Positions 39,438 through 47,079 of a stretch of 64,000 nt of DNA are shown one piece after another. A program made the position numbers and the translations under genes. The DNA is from a candidate division WOR-3 bacterium (lineage in GTDB: Bacteria; Hydrothermota; UBA3073; JACQXS01; JAGMCI01). Numbering within the stretch: position 1 is the first letter of the stretch; each line of letters opens with the position of its first letter. Under the pieces are notes generated by a model. It was not told the DNA's origin. It ran no database searches and was given only the letters and a program-made list of their open reading frames with translations. Location of the stretch: the NCBI GenBank assembly GCA_023129325.1, contig JAGMCI010000017.1, positions 13,252 through 77,251 on the forward strand. The letters are read 5' to 3'.

Positions 39438-40208
39438 TTATTCGTTAGTCAATGGATGGGGTCGGTATTTTACCCCTTTAAGATATAGTCCTTGTGGGGG
39501 GGCAGAGAGCCATTTCTTCCCCTGGAGTTCAAGGGCTAATTTAACATCGTATTCCTTAATTTTGCCTCTTCCTAACTCAGTAAGGGTGCCGATAATCATG
39601 CGTACCATTCGCTGTAGGAATCTGTTAGCTTCGATTTTAAAAACAAATTCTTTCACACATTTTTTACGTTCCGATGTAATCGGGACGGCTACATTGGGGC
39701 GAACAAGTTCAAATCTTTTTATTTTACATTCTCCTGAGGCACGATAAGAAAATAAATCAAATCTGTGTATTCCCAAAAATAGGTTAAGTGCTTTCTTAAT
39801 TTTATCTATATCAATCGGCCAGGGATATTCCCATACCCTATTTCTTAATAGCGGCATTCTGCCAAGCCATAGCCGATATAAATATACTCTTGAAGTAGCA
39901 TCTTTTCTGGCGTTGAATTGTAAGTCCACAGGGGCAACATTCTTTACATAAATGTCTCTTGGCAAACCAAGTAGTGCATTCTTGATTTTAGAAGTTGCAA
40001 GGGGATTTTCGGTTTTAAAATTCGCAACCTGGCACAAGGCGTGCACTCCAGCATCGGTTCTGGATGCACTTGTTAGTTTAATTGGTTCTTGAAGTAGTCC
40101 GCCTAAGGCGGATTCAATTTCACCTCTTATAGTTCGTTTCCCTGGTTGAATTTCCCACCCGGCGAAATGAGTTCCATCATATTCAATTTCAAGTTTAATG
40201 TTTCGCAT
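39438..40208 (-). CDS. truA: tRNA pseudouridine(38-40) synthase TruA
   Basis: MRNIKLEIEYDGTHFAGWEIQ...SASRTDAGVHA (catalytic Asp motif). Confidence 0.9.
   Translation of the reverse strand: MRNIKLEIEYDGTHFAGWEIQPGKRTIRGEIESALGGLLQEPIKLTSASRTDAGVHALCQVANFKTENPLATSKIKNALLGLPRDIYVKNVAPVDLQFNARKDATSRVYLYRLWLGRMPLLRNRVWEYPWPIDIDKIKKALNLFLGIHRFDLFSYRASGECKIKRFELVRPNVAVPITSERKKCVKEFVFKIEANRFLQRMVRMIIGTLTELGRGKIKEYDVKLALELQGKKWLSAPPQGLYLKGVKYRPHPLTNE
40098..40112. repeat. 15-nt palindrome TCCGCCTNAGGCGGA inside truA
   Basis: TCCGCCTAAGGCGGA encodes SALGG. Confidence 0.85.
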
Positions 40209-40809
40209 TTCCTGCCCGACGGACGATAGGCGGGAGAGACTCAGCGAAAGCCTGGCTCCTCTTTATAGCCTGTTTTAAGATAGTAGCCGAACCCTTTAGA
40301 GTTCGTGATTTATGTCGTTTAGCCTCATCTTTAATCAGCCGTATAAAGTTTAAAGCAATAAGTGTAGTTTCGCCTAATTTAAGTTTGCGATGTGTGAGCC
40401 AATCCAGTGTATGGGCTAACTCGAGTGAGCCAGTGGATGCAATAAAGATAAGCGAAAAGGCAGTGGCTAATAAAGCTCGGGTTCCAAGAATCAGACTTTT
40501 ATATAGTCCCTCATAACTTATCCCGCCAAGCAAAGCGGGACGGATTCCCGGGACAACTATTTCCCCCTTGATAGCCCAGAGTGGAAAACCGTAAATTATC
40601 AGCAGGAATGGTAAAAACCATACAAATCGGTGTATAAAAATCTTCTTATTTTTTAGCAAAATGAATTCTGTTAAAAAGATGACAAAAAGAATAGCAAAGA
40701 CCTGCAAGTTTTTAGCAATTCCGCAGCTAACAAGGAGTAATATAGTAAGAATAAGCTTTAATTTTGCCCCGTCAGATAGTAAACATCTAACGGGGCGGGG
40801 CATAAGCAT
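40195..40809 (-). CDS. EcfT/CbiQ-like energy-coupling-factor transporter transmembrane protein (short, possibly degenerate)
   Basis: Multi-TM protein with LIALNFIRLIKDEAKRHKSR, resembling the ECF-T coupling-helix region. ecfT directly upstream of truA is a gene order I recall from Firmicutes. No ecfA is nearby. The C-terminus is encoded by a repeat. Confidence 0.4.
   Translation of the reverse strand: MLMPRPVRCLLSDGAKLKLILTILLLVSCGIAKNLQVFAILFVIFLTEFILLKNKKIFIHRFVWFLPFLLIIYGFPLWAIKGEIVVPGIRPALLGGISYEGLYKSLILGTRALLATAFSLIFIASTGSLELAHTLDWLTHRKLKLGETTLIALNFIRLIKDEAKRHKSRTLKGSATILKQAIKRSQAFAESLPPIVRRAGNAKH
40211..40235. repeat. related CCTGCCCGAC...GGCGGGA element at the ecfT-like C-terminus / truA start overlap
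   Basis: CCTGCCCGACGGACGATAGGCGGGA encodes PPIVRRAGN. Confidence 0.6.
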
Positions 40810-40851
40810 ATCAAAAATTAAATATCAAATATCAATTTGAATTTCTTCTAC

Positions 40852-42462
40852 TCATTTTTGTTTTTTCAGATATTCTTCATATTCTTTTTTTTCTGCGGCT
40901 TTATAGTAATCTTTTTCAGACAAAATGACCTTTCGTTGTTCCGCATCTATTTCAAGGAACTTAAGATTAAGTTCCTCACCAATTTTATATTTATTCTCTA
41001 TTTTTCGTAAATCTGGTTTGGCAAGATGAGAGACAGGGATGAAGCCTTCTACCTTGTGCTTATTTACTTTGAGTTTTACTACTACACCTTTATCTACGAT
41101 TTCCTTAATTATTCCTTTTACGGGCTTATCGATTAATTTTTCAAGTGTAAGGAGAGGATTTTGTTCGAGCTGTTTTAATCCGAAAGTGATACGCTGATGT
41201 TCGGCGTCAAGGGATAGGACTGAGCATTTGATTCGTTTTCCTTTTTTCAAGATATCACTTGGATGTTCGATGTGTTCGGTCCAAGATAAATCCCGAATAT
41301 GAAGCAAGCCTTCAATTCCGTCCTTAAGTTCGACAAAGGCACCAAAAGGAGAGAATGCCTTTACGGTACCTGAGACTATTGAGCCTTCGGGATAATTTTT
41401 TGTTGCGTTTTTCCAGGGATTTGCTTGAATCTGTCTAATGCCAAGTGAGATTTTGTTTTCGTCTTTATTGATATTTAAGATTACTGCTTGGACTGTTTCT
41501 CCCACAGCCAAGATTTGAGATGGGTGTCGGATTCGTTGGGTCCAGGACATTTCTGAGATATGGATAAGTCCTTCGACTCCTGGTTCAAGTTCAACGAAAG
41601 CACCAAAATCAGCGAGTGAAGTAACCTTAACTTTAACTTTAGAAGCTACTGGATAGCGCTCTTCGATTCCATCCCAGGGACATTGGGTGAGTTGTTTTAT
41701 TCCGAGAGCTACATGATGAGTTTCTCTATCGATACTAAGGATTTTTACTTTAACTTTATCTCCTTGCTGGAGGACTTCAGAGGGGTGGTTTATGCGACTC
41801 CAGGATAAATCTGTTATATGCACCAATCCATCGACACCACCGATATCCACAAAGGCACCAAAATCTGCTATATTTTTTACTACACCGTCTAATATTAGTT
41901 CCTCTTTTGCGGTTTCCCAGAATTTTTCACGTTTTGCCTTAAGCTCTTTTTCTATAAAAGCTCTTCTTGACAAGACTATACTTTCTCTTAATTTATCGAA
42001 CTTTGTTACCTTGAAGTTAAAGGTTTCGCCGACCAACTTACTTGTATCTTTAATTTCTACCACATCGAATTGTGAATTTGGGAGGAAGCATTCTATTCCT
42101 TTAGCATTCACGACGAAGCCACCTTTCACTGTCATACTTATTTTTCCCTCGATTGGCGTTCCATTTTTATAACTATCTTCTATGCTTTCCCAGACTCTCA
42201 TAGAGTCAGCTTTGCTTTTTGAGAGGACAACAGAGCCCTTTTCTCCCTCAATATTTTCAATAAAGACTTCAAATTTATCCCCGAGCTTGAGTTTAGAAGG
42301 GTCGTCAAATTCTGATAATGGAATTACGCCTTCTGATTTAAGTCCTACATCGACGATTACTTCTTTAGGAGACAAATTTACAATTTTACCTTCTACTATT
42401 TCACCTTCCTTTATTTTAGAAAGGGACTCATCAATTAACTTGAGCATTTCTTCTTTTTTCAT
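40852..42462 (-). CDS. rpsA: 30S ribosomal protein S1
   Basis: Six S1 OB-fold repeats (G.V....FGAFV.L..G.EGL.HIS..SW). SD GGGAGGT. Confidence 0.9.
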   Translation of the reverse strand: MKKEEMLKLIDESLSKIKEGEIVEGKIVNLSPKEVIVDVGLKSEGVIPLSEFDDPSKLKLGDKFEVFIENIEGEKGSVVLSKSKADSMRVWESIEDSYKNGTPIEGKISMTVKGGFVVNAKGIECFLPNSQFDVVEIKDTSKLVGETFNFKVTKFDKLRESIVLSRRAFIEKELKAKREKFWETAKEELILDGVVKNIADFGAFVDIGGVDGLVHITDLSWSRINHPSEVLQQGDKVKVKILSIDRETHHVALGIKQLTQCPWDGIEERYPVASKVKVKVTSLADFGAFVELEPGVEGLIHISEMSWTQRIRHPSQILAVGETVQAVILNINKDENKISLGIRQIQANPWKNATKNYPEGSIVSGTVKAFSPFGAFVELKDGIEGLLHIRDLSWTEHIEHPSDILKKGKRIKCSVLSLDAEHQRITFGLKQLEQNPLLTLEKLIDKPVKGIIKEIVDKGVVVKLKVNKHKVEGFIPVSHLAKPDLRKIENKYKIGEELNLKFLEIDAEQRKVILSEKDYYKAAEKKEYEEYLKKQK

Positions 42463-42485
42463 TTTACCTCCCTTGCATCATTGAT

Positions 42486-43343
42486 TTAAACTGAATTTTC
42501 TCTGTTTACCTCAATGAACTTTATTATTTCCTTAATTATCCAATCTGGGGTTGAAGTTCCGGCTGTTACACCGATACTTGATTTTGTTTTGAACCACTGG
42601 GGTTTAAGTTCAGCCTTTGTTTCTATATGATAAGTTTCACAACCTTGGTCTCGACTTAGTTCAGCGAGTCGCGTTGTATTGGCTGAATTATGACCTCCAA
42701 CGACAATCATTAAATCTACCTTTTTAGCAAGTTCAATTGTATGTTGTTGTCGTAAACTTACGACCTCACAAATTGTATTATAGATATGTAATTCTTTAGT
42801 GGTTTGTAGGAGATGAGATACCACTTCTGCGAATGTAGATGAGGCTAAAGTTGTTTGTGCGATAACGCCTATTTTATCAAACTTTCCACTTTCCACTTTC
42901 CACTTCCCACTTCCTGTTGGGTCTATGACTTGAGCCCGATTCTGAGTATGTCCGACTATGCTTTGAACTTCAGGGTGGTCAGGCTTACCGACCACAAAAG
43001 CTTGGTATTCGGCATCACAGAGAGCCTTAGCATAATTTTGTGCCTTTTTTACAAATGGACAGGTTGCGTCTATTATTTTAAACCCGAGTTTCAGGGCTTC
43101 ATCAATTACTGAATCTGGTGCACCATGGGACCTTATAATTAGTTTACCTATTTTAACCTTAGATAGTGATTTAATAGGACATAGTCCTAAAGTCTCAAGT
43201 TGCTTAACTACTTGTGGGTTGTGGATTACAGGGCCGTAAGAATAGACAGGCAATTTAGATTCTGTAAGAGTTTTATTGGCTATATCTATTGACCTCTTTA
43301 CTCCGAAACAAAAACCAGAATTTGGTATCTCAAATACTTTCAT
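42486..43343 (-). CDS. ispH: 4-hydroxy-3-methylbut-2-enyl diphosphate reductase
   Basis: GFCFGVKRSI, ATCPFVKK, AQTT and GGHNSANTTRLAE are IspH/LytB hallmarks including the Fe-S cysteines. Confidence 0.9.
   Translation of the reverse strand: MKVFEIPNSGFCFGVKRSIDIANKTLTESKLPVYSYGPVIHNPQVVKQLETLGLCPIKSLSKVKIGKLIIRSHGAPDSVIDEALKLGFKIIDATCPFVKKAQNYAKALCDAEYQAFVVGKPDHPEVQSIVGHTQNRAQVIDPTGSGKWKVESGKFDKIGVIAQTTLASSTFAEVVSHLLQTTKELHIYNTICEVVSLRQQHTIELAKKVDLMIVVGGHNSANTTRLAELSRDQGCETYHIETKAELKPQWFKTKSSIGVTAGTSTPDWIIKEIIKFIEVNRENSV
42882..42914. repeat. ACTTC-family heptamers in frame in ispH
   Basis: CCACTTT CCACTTT CCACTTC CCACTTC encodes GSGKWKVESGK. Confidence 0.85.
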
Positions 43344-44068
43344 TAGTTACCCACCTTCCTGCTGTCTCCGTCCCGCTTCGCTTGTCGGAGCAGGGGGCAA
43401 GGCAGGTTTGTTACTGACAGGTTTTTGATTCTACGCTCTACTTCTTTAGAAATTATGGCACGAGCTTCTCTGGGTAACTTCGCTTGCCTGCCTGCAGACA
43501 GGTCTCTGAGAAGAGAGTCATAAATAACAGGTTTCCCGAATCGAACACATACTTTTTCTTTCCGAATAAATTGTTTAATGAGTGGAGTATTAGTCCCTTT
43601 TACAAGAGTTGGTACCACAGGCACCTCGCATCTTAAAGCCAACCAGGCTACACCGGGATGAAATTCTAAAAAATGTCCTGATAGACTGCGTGTGCCCTCA
43701 GGGAAAAACATAATAGCTAAACCATTTTTTAATAATTTCTCTGTGTGCTTGAGCGCCGTTTTGTTCAGTCCTTTTGTGTTAACTTCATAAGCATTAAAAG
43801 CCTTGATTAACCAAGTATAAAATTTATTGATCACAAATAGTTCTTGTTTAGTAAAAAGATAACACTCCCTGAACCACACAGCTGCCCCAACCAATGGGGG
43901 GTCAAAGTTTGATAAATGGTTAGGTGCGATAATGACACCTCCTTTTTTAGGAATGTTTTCCCATCCCTCAATTTTAAAGCCAAATAATAATTTCCAGGTC
44001 CAATAAATTATCCTTATTGCTATCCTGTATCTTAACTTCATCACACCAAATTTAGAATTAAATATCAA
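43343..44068 (-). CDS. plsC: 1-acyl-sn-glycerol-3-phosphate acyltransferase
   Basis: HX4D motif APNHLSNFDPP and FPEGTRS. The start could instead be the internal MKLRYRI. The C-terminal ~25 aa are repeat-encoded. Confidence 0.8.
   Translation of the reverse strand: MIFNSKFGVMKLRYRIAIRIIYWTWKLLFGFKIEGWENIPKKGGVIIAPNHLSNFDPPLVGAAVWFRECYLFTKQELFVINKFYTWLIKAFNAYEVNTKGLNKTALKHTEKLLKNGLAIMFFPEGTRSLSGHFLEFHPGVAWLALRCEVPVVPTLVKGTNTPLIKQFIRKEKVCVRFGKPVIYDSLLRDLSAGRQAKLPREARAIISKEVERRIKNLSVTNLPCPLLRQAKRDGDSRKVGN
43358..43406. repeat. same family, forming the C-terminus of plsC
   Basis: The reverse complement of the core lies at 43366-43391. It encodes PCPLLRQAKRDGDSRKVGN*. Confidence 0.85.
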
Positions 44069-44224
44069 AAATCAAAATTACATATTAAAATGCAAAAATT
44101 ACAACAACAGACTGAAGACCGAAGACATAAGACTGACGACAAAAAAGTCTACGGTCTCTGGTCTTAAGTCTATAGCCTTTCTTTTTAATTTTTGATTTGT
44201 CATTTTGATATTTGATTTTTAATG
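44064..44224. repeat. nested inverted heptamer arrays between cmk and plsC
   Basis: The outer pair is ATCAAAA (44064-97) / TTTTGAT (44183-224; it encodes the cmk C-terminus). The inner pair is AGACNNA x4 (44109-40) / NNNGTCT (44147-71), separated by AAAAAA. Confidence 0.8.
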
Positions 44225-44880
44225 GTTGATATTTTTTTTATCACTTTTTCCACTTGTTCTTCAATTGATAAGTTTGTTGTATTAATAATTACTGCTCCCA
44301 AAGGAACCTTTAAAGGTGAGAGTTGTCTTAATTTGTCTTGAATATCTCTTGATTTTAAATCACGAGATATTTCTTCAAACTTTGCAGAGACTCTTTTTTC
44401 CCTTAATTCTTTTAACCTTCTTGCTGTTCTTATGTGATGGTCAGCATCCATATAAATTTTAACTTCAGCTTCTGGGAAAACCACTGTTCCAATATCCCTA
44501 CCTTCACAGACAATCCCGCACTTATGCATAAGTGCGGGACCAGATGCCATACGTCTCTGTAACTTAACCATATTTTCGCGTACTCCTTTATATTTGGAAC
44601 AAAGAGAAGCCAATTTACCTATCTCCTCTGTTCTAATGGCTTGGGTCACATCTTCATCATTTAAGAATATTTTTTCATCCCTAAAACTAATATCCAGTTC
44701 AGAAGAAAGGGCTGTAACTTTTTTCCTATTAGTTGGCTCTATTTTATTTTGTTTAACTGAAAGAGCAACGGCCCGATAAGTTGCGCCAGTATCAATATAT
44801 TTATAGCCTAATCTTTTAGCTACTAATTTAGCAGTAGTTGACTTTCCTGAGCCAGCTGTTCCATCAATTGTAACAATCAT
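44200..44880 (-). CDS. cmk: cytidylate kinase
   Basis: IVTIDGTAGSGKSTTAK P-loop and GRDIGTVVFPEA. ATGA overlap with the thiL stop. Confidence 0.9.
   Translation of the reverse strand: MIVTIDGTAGSGKSTTAKLVAKRLGYKYIDTGATYRAVALSVKQNKIEPTNRKKVTALSSELDISFRDEKIFLNDEDVTQAIRTEEIGKLASLCSKYKGVRENMVKLQRRMASGPALMHKCGIVCEGRDIGTVVFPEAEVKIYMDADHHIRTARRLKELREKRVSAKFEEISRDLKSRDIQDKLRQLSPLKVPLGAVIINTTNLSIEEQVEKVIKKISTIKNQISK
44524..44549. repeat. TCCCGCAC hairpin inside cmk, in frame
   Basis: TCCCGCACTTATGCATAAGTGCGGGA encodes GPALMHKCGI just before the GRDIGT motif. Confidence 0.8.
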
Positions 44881-45836
44881 ATTTTAAAATGGTCAAATCC
44901 CTTCACAGGAATCTCGTTTCCCTCCTCATCTATAATTTTTACTTCCCACTTCCCACTTCCCACTCCGTGGTGAAGGTCGTGGCGAACCACTTCCCACTTT
45001 TCTATTATCTCTCCTACTTCTGTAAATTCAACCCTTTTTTTAGCCTGCGTAGTATAAATTTTGGGAATTGTAAAAAGTAATTCAAATTCCTCACCTCCAT
45101 TTAAGGCACAAGAGATTGGCGAAAGAGAAAATTTACTTGTTATCTTTCTTGTTTCATTATTTATAGGGAGATTATTTCTCCATATTTTTGCCCCTACTTT
45201 TGATTCATCAAGAATATGAGAAAGGTCAATTGTGAAGCCGTCGGAAATATCTATCATTGATGTAACATAATTACTGAGCTCTTTTCCTTCCTTAATCCTG
45301 GGTAATGGATTAAGATGCTGTCTTATCAAAGGACTTTTAATTCCATTTTGAAGTGCTAAAAGTCCAGCAAAAGAGTTTCCAAGCTTGCCTGTAACACAAA
45401 TTAAATCCCCAATTTTAGCACCCGACCTTTTTATTATTTTCTTTACTTCACCAATAACACAGATAGTTATTGAAATAATTTTTGATTTTGTAAGTTCGCC
45501 ACCAATTATTTCCATATTAAACAATTTTGCTATTTCTCTTACACCACGATAAAAATCTTTTATAAACTTAAGGTCGCCAGTTGGGAGGCCAACTGAAATA
45601 AGAGCATATCTTGGTATCCCACCGCAAGCAGCAATGTCAGACATTGAAGCCGAAAGGCTCTTGTAGCCAACATCATAAGGTGTGAAATAAGCAGTATCAA
45701 AATGAACTTTCTCTATAAAAGAATCAATTGTCACAAGTGGTATAAGTCCTGGAGAAATATTAAAAGCTTCAGCATCGTCACCAATTCTTGGGAATACTTT
45801 TCTTATTTCTTTTATGAGTTCAAATTCACTTGTCAT
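44877..45836 (-). CDS. thiL: thiamine-monophosphate kinase
   Basis: AIR-synthase-related fold motifs: GDDAEAF..., DSFIEKVHF, MSDIAACGG and DISDGF. Confidence 0.8.
   Translation of the reverse strand: MTSEFELIKEIRKVFPRIGDDAEAFNISPGLIPLVTIDSFIEKVHFDTAYFTPYDVGYKSLSASMSDIAACGGIPRYALISVGLPTGDLKFIKDFYRGVREIAKLFNMEIIGGELTKSKIISITICVIGEVKKIIKRSGAKIGDLICVTGKLGNSFAGLLALQNGIKSPLIRQHLNPLPRIKEGKELSNYVTSMIDISDGFTIDLSHILDESKVGAKIWRNNLPINNETRKITSKFSLSPISCALNGGEEFELLFTIPKIYTTQAKKRVEFTEVGEIIEKWEVVRHDLHHGVGSGKWEVKIIDEEGNEIPVKGFDHFKI
44941..44959. repeat. (ACTTCCC)x2.7 in frame in thiL
   Basis: It encodes SGKWEVK. It abuts the 31-nt CCACTCCGTGG element. Confidence 0.8.
44960..44990. repeat. CCACTCCGTGGTGAAGGTCGTGGYGAACCAC element in frame in thiL
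   Basis: Read antisense it gives VVRHDLHHGVG. It is adjacent to an ACTTCCC heptamer run. Confidence 0.85.
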
Positions 45837-45870
45837 TCTACCCCACTTTAGTGGAGGGTTAATTTATATT

Positions 45871-46722
45871 TCAGATATAGTCTCTTTTCTTTCTCCCAAA
45901 ATACTCTATCCAAATATTTATCTTTTCAAGCTCTTCTCTGACCATATGTATTACATTTTCTTCGGCGGGAAACAGTCTTTTTTCAACTTCTTCTTTATAT
46001 TTAGTAATCGCCTGATAGGTCATATCTTGGTAATTGTGATACCATTTTGCATGCTTAAGCTTACGAGGCGTTATTCCCAACATATCATTAACTACTAAAA
46101 CTTGTCCATCACAGAATCTACCTGCGGCAATGCCAATTGTGGGAATACTTATTTTTTCTGTTATTATCTTTGCTATCTCTTCAGGAACTAATTCAATAAA
46201 AATAATTATTATACCGGCTTTTTCTAAGATTAATGCGTCTTCAATCAACTCTTTTGCACTTTCAAAAGTTTTGCCTTGAATTGACTTTATTACATGAGTT
46301 TGAGGATTTAAGCCTATGTGGCCGGCAACTTCAATGCCATGCTTTACTAAATATTTTATAACTTTTTCTTTTGCCCCTTCTAATTTGATTCCATCAGCAC
46401 CATTTGATATAAATATATTTGTGTTTTTTAGTGCTTGTTCAGGAGTTTCATAGGATTTATATGGCATATCAACAAGCAGATATGCATCAGTTACTCCCCG
46501 ACGGACAGCTTTCAGATGGTGAATCATATCATCCATTGTTACCTCAATTTCACTTTTATAACCTAAAACATTTGGACCAACACTATCACCAACAAAAATT
46601 ATATCAATTCCAGCTTTATCTTCTAAAACAGCAGTAGGATAGTCATAACAGGTCAATACAGTAACCTTCTGTTGATTATGCTTTTTTGAAATTAAAAACT
46701 TACTATCTTTTTTCATATTCAC
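45871..46722 (-). CDS. panB: 3-methyl-2-oxobutanoate hydroxymethyltransferase
   Basis: VLTCYDYPTA, VGDSVG, VDMPY and DGIKLEGA. Confidence 0.85.
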   Translation of the reverse strand: MNMKKDSKFLISKKHNQQKVTVLTCYDYPTAVLEDKAGIDIIFVGDSVGPNVLGYKSEIEVTMDDMIHHLKAVRRGVTDAYLLVDMPYKSYETPEQALKNTNIFISNGADGIKLEGAKEKVIKYLVKHGIEVAGHIGLNPQTHVIKSIQGKTFESAKELIEDALILEKAGIIIIFIELVPEEIAKIITEKISIPTIGIAAGRFCDGQVLVVNDMLGITPRKLKHAKWYHNYQDMTYQAITKYKEEVEKRLFPAEENVIHMVREELEKINIWIEYFGRKKRDYI

Positions 46723-46779
46723 CTTTTACCTTTAAACTCTTTTAGAAATTTTAAAGTTATCTTTTCTGTTTTTTGCATC

Positions 46780-47079
46780 TTATTTTGTCTTAGGCGGATT
46801 ACTTTTTAATTTAACATAAGTTAATTTAAGATTGCTAATCATACCTTCAAGTAATTCTTGTTCTTCTTTATTCAGGTTGCCTTTTGTCTTTTTCTTTAAC
46901 ATATCAAGAGTATCAATGCTATACTTAGCTAACTCAAGATTAGGCTCTACTTTGTCAGTGAGTGGATTTTTGACAAGCCCAAGATGTTGCGATGCTATGG
47001 TTGTGAGAAAAAGAATAAGTGATAAAAAAGATGCTTCTGGTGGTTCACCACGACCTTCACCACGGAGTGGTTTTTCCAT
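46780..47079 (-). CDS. DUF1844-like small protein
   Basis: FLSLILFLTTIASQHLGLVKNP...NLELAKYSIDTLDMLKKKTKGNLNKEEQELLE matches my memory of DUF1844. The N-terminal EKPLRGEGRGEPP is repeat-encoded. Confidence 0.55.
   Translation of the reverse strand: MEKPLRGEGRGEPPEASFLSLILFLTTIASQHLGLVKNPLTDKVEPNLELAKYSIDTLDMLKKKTKGNLNKEEQELLEGMISNLKLTYVKLKSNPPKTK
47040..47072. repeat. same 31-33-nt element, opposite orientation, in frame at the DUF1844 N-terminus
   Basis: It encodes KPLRGEGRGEP. Confidence 0.85.

Noticed and set aside
40098-40112. The 15-nt palindrome in truA as a definite insertion
   Set aside because: It is only 5 codons (SALGG) in a variable region of TruA. I cannot tell insertion from chance or convergent sequence without an alignment, so I list it as a repeat copy but not as a proven insertion.
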